Assembly: GCA_964247055.1 (NCBI GenBank)
Contig: OZ176052.1
Span: 12,028,001-12,092,000 of the forward strand
Origin: Paragordius varius
Taxonomy: Eukaryota > Animalia > Nematomorpha
Direction of reading: 5' to 3'
DNA: 64,000 nucleotides
Positions 35,439 to 47,873 of this stretch are shown here, piece after piece. A program made the position numbers and the translations under genes. Position 1 is the first letter of the stretch. Every line of letters starts with the position of its first letter. The notes beneath the pieces were generated by a model. The model did not search any database. It saw nothing but the letters and a program-made list of their open reading frames with translations, and was not told the DNA's origin.

Positions 35439-35864
35439 ATGCTCCCTTTATCTTTGCTTAAGGCCGTTCAAAATCATCCTATGGTATTTAAATATTTTAT
35501 ATTAAGTTAGTTGAACTAAAAAACGGTGAAACCTACAATGGACATTTAGTTAGTTGCGATACATGGATGAATATATATTTGAGAGAAGTAATTTGTACTT
35601 CAAAAGTAATTAATTATGTAAAATGTAAGGAAGGTGATAGATTTTGGAAAATGGCTGAATGTTATATTAAGGGCAGTAATATTAAATATATGCGAATTCC
35701 TGATGAAATAATCGAAACTGTAAAGGAAGAAACTTTACCTATTAGCAAACCACACTCCCGATTAGGACCTAAAACATTTGGGAGGGGAAAATTTAAAAGT
35801 TATATACATTTTAATATATCTAGATAAACCGCAGCTATCAAAGCAACTTAAACCAAAAAAATAA
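35439..35864 (+). CDS. LSM4: U6 snRNA-associated Sm-like protein LSm4; introns 35484-35506, 35606-35629, 35799-35823
   Basis: [15 protein letters not shown]|[33 protein letters not shown]|[28 protein letters not shown]. Confidence 0.95.
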
Positions 35865-35869
35865 ATTTA

Positions 35870-36740
35870 TTATATTAATTTATATGCAAATAATAAATAA
35901 CCACTATGTAAAACATATTTCATTGGTTTGCTTAAAATGTAATATTTTTTGTTGTCCCCATTTAAGGATACGAGATCATGTTCGCGGAAATTATAGGGTA
36001 TTTTTGTACATTGAATGGTTTCTACTTGAGAATATTTGAGAGAGTTAAGTCGACTTACTGTTTTTTGGCATTGTTCAATACAGGGACAGAATATGCAAAT
36101 CTGAGAACCTAAAAAATTAATCGTCTGCTTTATTAATACCTTTAGCTAAACGTTTAGTAACATTTCCCAAAGCTTTCCAGGGAGTTGGAATATCAAGAAT
36201 AACTTTGTTAACGTAGTCTCCAAAATTTTGATCAAACGAAATTTCATCACAAATATCAAAAGATAAAACTGTAACATTTTTGTCTTCATAACCGTGATTC
36301 CTCAATTCCTCTTGGGCAATTTTATATCTATCATCCCTATCAATTGTGTATAAATGTCCGTCAGGGAGAATGGCATTGAGAATAAAGTGGGATAAAGCAG
36401 CACTCCCGGTCCCACATTCTAAAACTTTATCATCAGATTTCAAATTAAGTTTAAATATAATAATGGATATGTCTGTAGTATACAATATTTGAGTCCTATG
36501 AGGCAACAAATCTATCCAAACATCTAACGTTGGATGCATTAAATAAACCCATTTGTTTGAATTGCAATAATATTTGGATCCATAAATCCGCCCAATTATA
36601 TGGTTATGTCGAATCGAACCAAATTTTGTTTGATGAATTTTATCTGCCTCAATTTTTATTAAAAATTGTGAATTTCTTCCTTGCCAAATTACAACTTCAT
36701 CGTTTATATCAATAATATCTTTATATCTGATTAAGCTCAT
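35870..36740 (-). CDS. TRMT61A: tRNA (adenine58-N1)-methyltransferase catalytic subunit; intron 36109-36139
   Basis: LPHRTQILY, VLECGTGSAALSH, ILDIPTPW; after a 31-nt intron FCPCIEQ and HSGYLLFA. Start taken at MSLIRYKDII. Confidence 0.93.
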
Positions 36741-39018
36741 GGAAGAATGTAAGGATATCGAAGATTTCCTTTCCACATCAATTGCACTTTTGGAGGTATG
36801 CAACAGATGCTTTTTTATTTTTCTCATACCATATATAAATGTAACATGTTATCATAATCCTCAAAATATTATCAGGTTTTTTAAAATTAGTTTTTTTATT
36901 GCGGAAAAATTGGAAGGGCGTATATCAAAATTATCGTCTTCGCATCATCAATCAAAATGAGGTTTTGATTTCTTTAGCCTGTGTTAAAACGTCTTGTTAA
37001 TCTGTTAATACTCCACCAGTCCTATCGTCAATTATTATATTTTTTCCCAAATTGACACATTAATTTTAATATATAATTAAGTAGTATTGTTTTTTAGACA
37101 CCGGTTTATGTTTTATGAAAAACCGGTTTATAAGCGGTTTTTCAAATTTTTCGTAAAGATTTTTCTTTTAGGGTTTTTCGTTTATAAAGTACATGCGCTT
37201 TAAGTTATTATTTTTTTATAAGTTCAAAACCGTTTTTTATAGAAAATTATAACTAAATAATTTATTTTTATTGAATTGAGGCCCCGCTACATTTTTGGAA
37301 CAAATGGTTTTGTTCCGGTCTTATTTTAAGAAAAACATGACTTATATTTAAAAACGAGACTAGGAAAATGAATTTGTTGAGGTTTAAAAAATATTTATAA
37401 TTACATGATAATAAAATTAAAATCATAATTTTAATATAAAGATAAAGGAAATATTTTTATCTTATCCTGTTTGAAAGCGTAACTGTTTACAACCGTTTTG
37501 GTTTACCATAAATCTAATAGTGCGACCCCTTCCAGAAAAACGGTTTCATTTATCTATTAAAAAGTTAGTTATTTAATATTTATAATAATGGATTTATTAG
37601 AACTAATCCTAGCTCCAACTTTCTGTAAAATTTATTGCTTTTTCCTAGTATTATGCCAATTAAACCAATTTATTAAACCTAATTTGCTAATCTCAGACGA
37701 CGTCGATGTGGCGCATAGATAGATACGGTTTTCATATATTTATAAGCTTTCGATGTAATGATTATAAAAAAAACTTTGTAAATGGATATAAAAACCTAAT
37801 TTATAAAATGTGTAATCAATCATTTATTCTTTACCATTGATAGATTTGAATAAATTGTCTCTAAGGGTAAGATTAAAAAATGAAAATCAAATTAATAGTT
37901 AAAAATTGGTTTCGCTGTTTTAAAAATTTATAATGCTAAATAAAAATTTAAAATTTGGTGCTATGAAATAATTATTATTAAAACATGTAAGATAATGAAT
38001 GATAATGGATACTTACTTACTTTTCATCGATTGCCCTGTGTATAGTTGAGCCATTCTTTTAAATTGGATTCTTTGTTTATCGAATCAAGATGTGGTATAT
38101 TAAATAAATACTCCCCAAAATGATATAGTAGAAAAAGTATAAGTTACAGATTATCTAATAGCCATTTTCATTTATGCGCCTCTATTATGTCTAGCCATTA
38201 ATTTTAATAAGCTTGTTTAGGTCCACCCTTTAGCATATATTTATATATCATCTTTTGATGCATTTTTCCTGAAAAGGTGTATCATCATTTAATTCAATAA
38301 GAAGTCATTCATATATATTCCCACAAATGCGCCGATCATTTAAAAAATAGCAATAATATCAAAATATATAAAATGTTGATCGAAATCCAAAAAATATATT
38401 CTTATTCTCATAAATGAAATTATTCAAAAAACGACTTATATTAATGAAATGTGCGTGTTTTTAAAGTTGGAAAGCATGCGGGCCCACTTAATTTAGAAAG
38501 TGGCCATATATTTATATTACTTTCAAGGATTCTTTGTAAACCCATCTGAAAATAGGCTGTGTCTTTGATCCGATTTTCAAAAATTTCACTTATTCAAATC
38601 CAAGTGCCGATCCTAAGATCGCTTCTTCTCGATTTTCCAATTATTGTTTCGACTAAGTCCAGTGTCTCGTGTCAGGGACAGCTAATAAATTAGAAAATTA
38701 TCTGAATGTTAACATTTTTTAAAAATATGATTGAAGTTACATTTTTGTAAATTTTGTAATGTTTAAATACTTTTTTCTAAGGCTGGGATTGGATTCGAGA
38801 ATGATACTAAGATAATTTTTAATAAATGTCATTTTCATTAACATTAACAGTATTTATCCAACAAAACAATTGATCTATGATATATTAAACATAGGTTTTG
38901 CCCGTAAAAAACTTTAATTAAATCTCAAGTTGCTGTATGTTGATAGTACCTTTTAAAAAATTAAATATTTTATATCTCCCAAATTTTACTCTTATATAAA
39001 ATTTCTATAAATTGAAAG

Positions 39019-39864
39019 GAGTGGAACGGTTTGAAAGATGAGATATCCGAGTACAAAACAACCCTCTCCAAATACAAAAATGAAGAATTAGCGTTACTCA
39101 AAAATCTTTCTGAAGGTTTGTAAACTACATTTTAAATATTTATTGTATTCAGGTCAGGATAAAGAATTGCAAATTGTCACAAAGTATGCGGAACAAGTTA
39201 AAAAATTAACGGCTAAAAATTTCTCACTCGAAAAAACGAGCAATAATTTATTACGTGAAAATATGAGTCTTAAAGAGGAATTGCATAAACTCCAAGAAAA
39301 ATGTAAAAAGGACCTCTATGAATGTGAAATCAAGACTGTAACCTTACAAGACGAAAAATATAAACAGCTACAAAGCGAAAGTTTATTAATTGTTAATATA
39401 TTTAGGTTCTTTAACCATTAATAAACTATCTGAAGAAAACGCTAAGCTAAAATTTGAAGCACTAAGCCTACAGGAACAATTAGATGCTAGTGAAATGCAA
39501 CATAGAAAAAAACTTAAAACCCTTAACCTTGAAGTATTGAATTTTTTTTATAATAAAAATAAATAGTTTGAAAATAAATTGAGTCGTTTACAAAAGTTAC
39601 CACAAATGGCAGATACCAATTCACATCAAATCTTTGAAAAAGTTTATTTTTTTTGGTTTACCAACTATAAATAATTTATAGAAGTTAGAAATGGTTACGG
39701 TCGAAAAAGATAAAGTTATTTCTGAACTAAAATCCGACATTGAAAACTTGAAGTTTAGATTGAGAATGGTTCAAAACGTGAATCATCCCAACAATAATAA
39801 TACAAATACTAATTATAATATGAAATCAAAATATGAGCCTCCATTGAAGAAAAAAATTAATTAA
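39019..39864 (+). CDS. CCDC152: Coiled-coil protein, CCDC152-like; 5' exon not resolved
   Basis: Four short introns give a continuous heptad-rich frame ending LNLEFENKLSRLQ...IFEKKLEMVTVEKDKVISELKSDIENLKFRL, which resembles the CCDC152 C-terminus as I recall it. Needs a search to confirm. Confidence 0.55.
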
Positions 39865-40032
39865 TTTTTCTTTTTTTGTATGTGTGAAAAGAACCATATG
39901 GATTTAAAAATAAGAATAAATTAAATAATTACTAATTTGCAATTAATATATTATATTGTTGTGTTAATTGGGAAAAAAATAAAATATTCACATATTTATA
40001 TATATTTTTTGCAATTCACCAACTTACTTTGT

Positions 40033-41962
40033 ATGGCAGATAAAATTAAAAATTGTGAAATTATTTTGGAGAAAAATATTTATTTCCCGGGTGAAACGAT
40101 TAAGGGTCATTGCATATTACAAATCCAGGGCTCCATAGTTGTAAAAGGTAATTCTACCAATACTATCTTTTTAAATCATATAAAATATTAGGATTTGTGT
40201 TTTATGACGATTAAGATTTTTTTAAAAAAATTCTGATTTTCTATAAGTTTAATTTTTGTATTTATTTTTATAATTGTACCAATTTACATAATTTTTATTA
40301 GTTTTCATATATTTCAAAATATGCAAGTCGTATATTTATTGAATACTTTTGAAATAAACATTTCATATCCTTTCCGTATTATATATCCATAAACTTATCA
40401 ATCCCAACCAAATTAAAGCTTTATGTAACCAATCAAATAAAAAAAATTTTAAACTTAATTCTATTTTAAAACTATAACAAAGCATCGGGCTTGTTTTTTC
40501 AAAAAGTGATTGGGCTTTCTATTATTTTGCCATGTTGTTGCCAACTTAAATCAAATAATTCAAGATATATAATTAATAAATAAATAAAAAGTGCTAAATT
40601 TTTTCGTCATTATAATGAATAAGAACCTTTCGAACAATTTTTTTAAAAACATAAAATTATGATAATCTTAAAGGATATTAATTAAGTGTGTTTAGTCAAA
40701 AATTATTGATCATTTATATTAAACATTTTTAACTCAATATCATTAATTGACAATAAATTTCAATAATCTTTATATAATAAAACTTCATTATCTGTTTAAT
40801 GACTTCATTGTAAAGTAGTGGATAAAGCGAGTTTGGATTCCAAAAATGCACAATTTTTATATCATTCCTGTCAGCCATAGGCAGGGGAGCATTTAAAATT
40901 TCAATTTTAGTAATTGACCCTTAATTTAAAGGTAAAAAAGAGACTTAGAAATGTTTAAAATTTGTATTATATTATATTAAGGAATCAAAGCCAATTTGAG
41001 AGGTTTCGCCAAAACACGAAGAAATCAGAATGAACGTGAATATTCTCAAAATTACATTTTTGCGTCCTTATATCTGTCAAAGTTTACATACACCCCTTAA
41101 AAATAATAATTTGATAGATGTGACCAAGAACAAATATGGGAAGATGTGACTATTTTGAAACATTTGACTCAAAATACAAAATTCCCCTTTTGTTTCGATC
41201 TGCCAAACGACAATCTACCATGTTCATTTGAAAGCAAAATATGCCATATTCGCTATTGTATAGAAATAGTTATCTTATTTACAAATAGCTCTCCACTCCG
41301 TGAAGTCAAATATTTCAGTTTGATAGCTCCAGTGAAATCATATTTAACCGAAAATGATTTAGTATTCTTAATTTAACTATACCTATTATTTAATACAGAC
41401 ACCGATAGAAAAGAAAAGTAAAATGTTAAAATATGAATGGAGTATTAAAGCTCATAGTATTAAGTTAATTAGCAGACTAGAGCAATCCTGTTATAGTTGT
41501 GGCAATTTTTTGAAATTTAAAATACACTTACACAATGAAAGTCACACCCAATTAATACTAAAAATAGGGTTAAACCAAGTATAATAAGCGGATATAATTG
41601 TAGATTGTTAATTACAGTTTTGAAAATCATGAAGCCCCAATCAAAGTGGAAAAATTTGTAGAATTATTGAAAACACCCATGTTGAAAGAAAAAAGGTCAT
41701 TTAATTTTTCTTCATTTTCGCTTAAAATCAAGGTTCCAGTTGTTCCTCCATCTCTACAGGATGCCTGCAAATATTTGGACATTGCTTATCAAATAAAAGT
41801 TGAAATGGTTTATTTTATTTTTAGATATGTTTGCATGATAATAATTCACAGCAGGGCAATATTTTAATAGAACACATTTATCCCATTCAAATTGTCAATC
41901 TTTCAATGATGTACAATCAATCCTCAAGATTTCACATATTTTATGGTATCAATTATTTTTAA
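40033..41962 (+). CDS. Alpha-arrestin (arrestin domain-containing protein), multi-exon
   Basis: N-terminal YFPGETIKGHCIL, then FPFCFDLPNDNLPCSFESKICHIRY and IKVPVVPPSLQDACKYLDIAYQIKV. One ~830-nt intron plus several short ones; internal exon limits partly approximate. Confidence 0.82.
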
Positions 41963-42170
41963 TTTATTTATTATGCAAGATTTTATTTAAATTACCTAAA
42001 ATTTATTAATTAACACAAAGAATTATTAGAAATATTTGCCATTTCTTATTTATGTAAATTAATATGGGTCAGAGATGGGCTTAATGCTCACAGCGCCTCC
42101 ATTTTAATTTCCTTTACTTGAATTCTGCGAGTTAAGTGGGCTCATATCTTAATTACGGGATATTTATATA

Positions 42171-42558
42171 TACCATTTAAAGTTCAAATTCACCCTTGAA
42201 CTCAAATTCACCCTTGAAAAATTCAAATTCACCTTCGAACAATTCAAATTCGCCCTAAAATAAATTATGTGTTTTTTAAGATTAAAAATTAGCTATATTT
42301 TTTTATATTTTTTAAAAAAAGAAATTTTGTTTAAAATTAAAATAATACTGAAAAATTAATGAACTATGCCATAAAAATATATTTAATTTTAATGATAAGT
42401 TATTTTAGACTGAAATTTGATAATTTATTTTTAGGGTGAATTTGTTCAAGGGTGAATTTGAATTGTTCAAGGGTGAATTTGAATTGTTCAAGAGTGAATT
42501 TGAATTGTTCAAGGGTGAATTCGAATTGTTCAAGGGTGAATTTGAATTGTAAATGGTA
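42171..42558. mobile_element. Foldback-type element with inverted 21-bp arrays, second subfamily
   Basis: Termini TACCATTT / AAATGGTA in a TATA context; unit GTTCAAGGGTGAATTTGAATT, ~5 copies on the right arm and reverse-complement copies on the left. Confidence 0.85.
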
Positions 42559-43247
42559 TATAAGTTTTTTTACACATACGCATTTTCTACAAAATTTATA
42601 TGTGTGAGCGGATTCACGTTTCTAGTTAAATGAAAAGTCGATGACTTTTTTCTATGGCTCGTCTTCAATTAAATCTAATAAAAATTAAAATATTTTTGGA
42701 ATCCTTACTTTTGCACATTTTTAATTACTTATTGTAAACAACAAATCATGGTTAAAATGCATCCACATATCTTAAATACCGAAAGCGCAAAAAACTAAAT
42801 ATAATTACCAAATATTTTTCTAAATATCACGTTTTAGGAATATGTCTCAAAAATTTTGGCTGGTAAAATATTTAATACCGCATTTTACATATACATATTG
42901 ATGTGATATATATAAACTATTTGCGGTTTATTTGGACAAAAATGTGATTATTTATAAACTTACAAATATTACATTAGCTCAGGAGATACTAAAATTTTTT
43001 CTTTAAGATTAAAACATACGTGTATCATAATAGCAAATATTCAGTAACATTTTATCTGTCCAATTTGACTAACATATATATAATTAATCAATTAAAAATT
43101 TAACATTAAATGAAACAGGAGGATTAAATTAATTATTTCAAAATGGCGCGATAGCGATGATACATGTGTTAATGGCTTTTTCGCTCTTAATTTATATAAT
43201 ATATTGCTAAATATTATATAAAATTGGTGAATTCTCACACATGATAG

Positions 43248-43757
43248 ATGAATAATTCTATATTAGATTATTGCAGTAAAGATGTTGAGGGTGGTGAATA
43301 CGTTTCGCCTGAAATGCTGTGTTCACATATCGTATACGATGGCCAAAAATCCCAAACCCCTGATTATTACGTAAATTTAGCATTACCGCCAATCGATGAT
43401 TTACAAAGAAAATTTAGTAGCAGTGTCAAGTGTGGTGAAGATCACAAATTAATGATGATGTTGTCACAAAATGAAAAAAAACCCGCTTCCAAATCCATGT
43501 ATGTTACACGTTCAAATTATCATCCCAAACAAAAAGATGGAGGAGACTCTCTACCATTCATGTTTAAGCCACTGTACATGTGCGTAGAGGAAAAAGATTT
43601 AAATAAAATTAATAATAGCTATAATAAAACAACATATCAAGCCAAATGTAATGGTGGCATACTCCCACCAACACCCCAAATTTGTAATGAAAAGAAAGAG
43701 GAGAGTGATAAAAATTCATTATGTCATTACTCATTATCAGTCATTGAAAATATTTGA
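43248..43757 (+). CDS. Hypothetical 169-aa protein, intronless or last exon of a gene
   Basis: Uninterrupted ORF with normal amino-acid composition in otherwise stop-rich AT DNA. No recognisable motif. Confidence 0.5.
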   Translation: MNNSILDYCSKDVEGGEYVSPEMLCSHIVYDGQKSQTPDYYVNLALPPIDDLQRKFSSSVKCGEDHKLMMMLSQNEKKPASKSMYVTRSNYHPKQKDGGDSLPFMFKPLYMCVEEKDLNKINNSYNKTTYQAKCNGGILPPTPQICNEKKEESDKNSLCHYSLSVIENI

Positions 43758-43945
43758 AAAGGTGTGCGAACACGCAATCAATCTATGGCAATTATATTTA
43801 TTTATTACAGGTAAATATTTATATATGTAAGTAATTAAAGTATGTATATGTACGTATTTATGTTGTGGTACAACTCACAACATAATATATACTTACATAT
43901 TACATATACAATCAATTTACATTAAAAATAGAGGGTGTTCATTCA

Positions 43946-46900
43946 TTACAAGGTATCATTCAAAATTTCTTTAGCCGATTGTGAAAGGTGTTCAGGGAAT
44001 TTGATGTTAAAACAAACGATGAAATCTCCGAAACGTGTCCCTTTAGATTTGGGATCAGGCAAGCCTTTGCCAAAAAAGCGTTTTTGTGTGTCAGGTGCGA
44101 TAATGTCTGTCAGCCGCAAAGTTTCCGTCGTTCCATTTAACAAAGGAACTTGAACCGATCCACCGCATAATGCCTTTAATTTTAACGATACATAAACAAA
44201 AAATGTTTTAAAACTCATACTGTTATTGTAAGTAATAAGGAGATGTATCAAATAAATGTGTAAAGTATGGAAAAGTTTTAAATAAATGATACTTGAGTTA
44301 TTTAATAACCTTGTTAATTGATAGGTGTGATGAAAGGTGAAACAAAGTTTAAACAACCTCAAAATTGATATAACGGAAGTGAAATTGTATATAACGGGAT
44401 TTATAAGCTACTTAACAAATTTTGTCATATTTAAATTTTTTATTAGAGCAGAGATTTTTATAAAATGCGATCCATAACACCATAATAAGCTAAAATTAAT
44501 TAAGTAATATAACATAGCTAACATATATAACTAAATGGATATTCAAAGCACTACATTCAACTTAATTCCATACCTTATTAGTATAAATTAAAGAGATCTG
44601 ATAAATTTTTTGATTTGCAGTATAACCTTACCTGTTTCAATGTGATCGTCGCTGTATATTTAATGTTTGATCCATCACGTTTATAGAGTGCGTTTGGTTT
44701 ATCGCGTATAATGAATATAATATCGGCCGGTATATGGCCTGGTAACTGATCGCCTTCTTTGGGAAATGTGATTCGAGTCCCCGACTTCCAACCAGGTTTA
44801 ATATCGATGGTTAGGACATTGTCAGTTTTATTGGTGGAGCCATCTGGCCCAACGATAGTTTTTGTAACTTTCAATTTTTTGGTACAACCTGTGCGGTAAA
44901 GAGATTAAATTAAAGGGACAACACATAATCAAAAATATTTTATGTCTTCATGATGCGTGTAGGAATAACACAGTAAATGAATTAAACCAATAATTTAAGT
45001 AGAAAATTAGCCAACAGTATAAACCTACCGACCAGGTCATTTCGATATTGCAAAAAATAAAACATTAACATTAATTGTACTCATTTAAAAAAGGAAATTA
45101 CCCAGGATCTATGAGCTAAATTATTGGACATAAAAGCTAATGTAAAATAACACCGAGAAAATAAGATTTCCGATAATTTCTTAACAACCGTTCTTTAAAT
45201 TAATGTTTACTTTAGTGTATATAACTATGAATTAACATCTACCTACCTAGTCATAACCATCTATTTTATCATAATATTAATCCAAAAATTAACATATTTC
45301 TTATTACAAGTATAAACCCTGACACACAGAATGTAAATAAATCCAAAACTAACATTTTTCCAAACTAATGAACATACATATTACATTCCAGAATGTAAAA
45401 AGCATCCAAAAATATGCGTTTTAAAACCTGTTTAATAAATAATATGGACATTAATGTATACCATACCATACCCTTATAAATGTCCTGTAAATCAATGTAT
45501 AAATCCTTTTCGACAGGCGCATCTTGAATCGGTTTTCCAGTCCCTGAATGTTGACCACCTCCTCCGGCTCGTCTAGGTCGGGCGCCTGGAGTTTTTCCAC
45601 CAGCGCCCCCATGACCACCCATTTGAAACATGTTACCACCGGGCTGGCCTCCAAATCCAAAGGCTTGGAATGGATCCCCGTTACCTTATTATGCAATGCA
45701 ATTCATTAAGGCATAAAAAGGTATTTTGTCAAATAAACGATTAATATTTTTTTAAACTAAAAAACCCATATATGTCCAGACCCAAAAAGGAATAGGTCCT
45801 TATTAAGTATAAATAGATAGATTTTAAAGTAAAATTTTTTGCAAAATGTGATATATATATAACAGTAAAATCAAGTAAACCTAGAAATATGTAGAGACAA
45901 AGCGTAACTAAAAAACATATATTTCCAAACCCAAAAGCTTAGAAAAGTCCCCGTTACCTTGATATATGTGAATTTTGAAGTAAAATATTTTTGATTTTTT
46001 TTGTGAAATATATAACAGTGATAATTAAACCGCTACCCAAAATGCTTTTTATGGCCTGAATTATTTATTTAAATGTTTGGATCTACTTATTTGGAGTATA
46101 AATATGTGCAAATGTGTCAAACAGCCTGAAAATTTTATTGGTATTATAACCGTTGAGCAAAAAAAAATATTTTTTTGGCCCTTTAAAATTGTTGGTGAGT
46201 ACCACTGTAAGTAAAAACAAGTAAACATATAATTATAAAAAACGAAAAAAAGACAAATTTTTTCATCTGACCAACACTGAGCTGGCCTCCGAATCCAAAG
46301 GCTTGGAATGAGTCTCCATTAACTACGTTTAAAATTTTGTAAAAAAAATAAAAGACTAATATTTTTAAAACCATACTTTTAAACCCCAAAAGCTTTATAA
46401 TAAATACGCATCACCTTATTATGTGTTTAACATTGGAAAAACGGTAATCTGTCAATAATTTTGTAACAGAAAAAATCCATATTTTTCTACCATCAAATCC
46501 AAATGGTTAGAATGGATATGTATGTATTAAAAAAATTTCATTTATCTAAACATAGTAAAATCTCTTTCTCTATTAAAAGCAAAATAAAAATAAAAAAAAA
46601 TTTTATAAAAGCAAAGAAGATTGATATTTTTAAATGGAATAATGAACAAAACCATTTTTTTCAAACCTAAGTCTAAGGGTTTAAAGGACCCCCATAACCA
46701 AAATTCTAAATGTAAAGGTTTACTGTGAAATACAGATAGTGAGACCGTTTTTTGTTTAAAGACTCAAAATATTACGAACTGTTATTTTTACACAAAATAT
46801 TACGAGCCATTTAAACATAAAAAACTGCTTTATATGATATAATATGTTATGGTTCAAATATTTTAATTATTTCAAAAGCGGTCCTATTTATGGTCGCAAC

Positions 46901-47773
46901 GCTAGTTATAAATTTAGTTATACAGTATATTTAAATTTAAACAAAACATAAAGAAATATATTCAACAAAATGATACTTATATATAAACCTTAACGAAACA
47001 AAATATTTTTTAATGGTTTGATTCTGATCAATTACAAAATAATTATTTTAAAAGCGGTTTAGGGTTGGTCAACTTTAGTTAAAATGAGCAGAAACATATT
47101 ACTGAGGAAAAACTGCGTGATTCGTACAATTGGATATTAAACAATAGACATTCATAAATTATTTTAACATTAAAAGTTTTTTATTAAACAATGGATGAAT
47201 TTTTCCAACGATAGAATAAAATTATGCGAATAAAATTAGATTTATACAAAAAGTTAAAACATAAAAGCAGAAACCTTAGATTATGATTTTAGTACATATG
47301 GAACAATATATTTTTACATATCTTTTATACCTGTATCCATCCCAGGACCACCCGAAGAGAAAAAAACTCGCGTCCCTCCTCCACCAGGCCCTCCACCCAT
47401 GCCACCATCCGAAAAGAAAGCTGCAAACGGATCCTGGCCTCCGAAGAATTGCGAAAATATATTACGCGGGTCACCCTTAAACTCGTAATGAAATCTATAA
47501 ACGATTATATAAATGCTACCCTTCGCCTCCCCCTGGACCAGGTGCACCTCCCTTGAGACCCTCCTCTCCAAATTTATCATAAACCTCTCGTTTTTTGGGA
47601 TCAGAAAGAACATCGTATGCTTCGGATATTTCCTTAAATTTTTCTTCAGCGCCTTTTTCCTTATTCTTATCCGGGTGATATTTCAGAGCCATTTTCCTAT
47701 AGGCCTTCTTGATTTCATCATCGGTCGCTTTTTTGTTTGTTAACCCTAAACTTGCGTAATAATCCTTGCCCAT
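43946..47773 (-). CDS. DNAJB: Class B DnaJ/Hsp40 (DNAJB1/4/5-like), ~371 aa; exons 47520-47773, 47331-47494, 45472-45684, 44632-44888, 43946-44173
   Basis: J-domain with HPD, G/F-rich region, and C-terminal domains with [19 protein letters not shown] and KGLP...[12 protein letters not shown]. Exons total 1116 nt in frame. Confidence 0.93.
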
Positions 47774-47873
47774 ATCAACAATAATCAGCAGGCGTATATG
47801 ACAAGCTTTTAAAAATGGTCATATGATATATTAAAAAAACCATTATTTCATTTGCATAAGAACTTTTTTCCTC
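47774..47873. promoter_or_regulatory. Putative bidirectional promoter between DnaJ and peroxiredoxin
   Basis: Only 100 bp separate the two divergent start codons. No specific motif is assigned. Confidence 0.55.

Noticed and set aside
37590-38780. Possible decayed transposase or gene on the minus strand (fragments such as EYLFNIPHLDSINKESNLKEWLNY)
   Set aside because: Many stops, no motif I can assign confidently and no termini found. A BLASTX would settle it.
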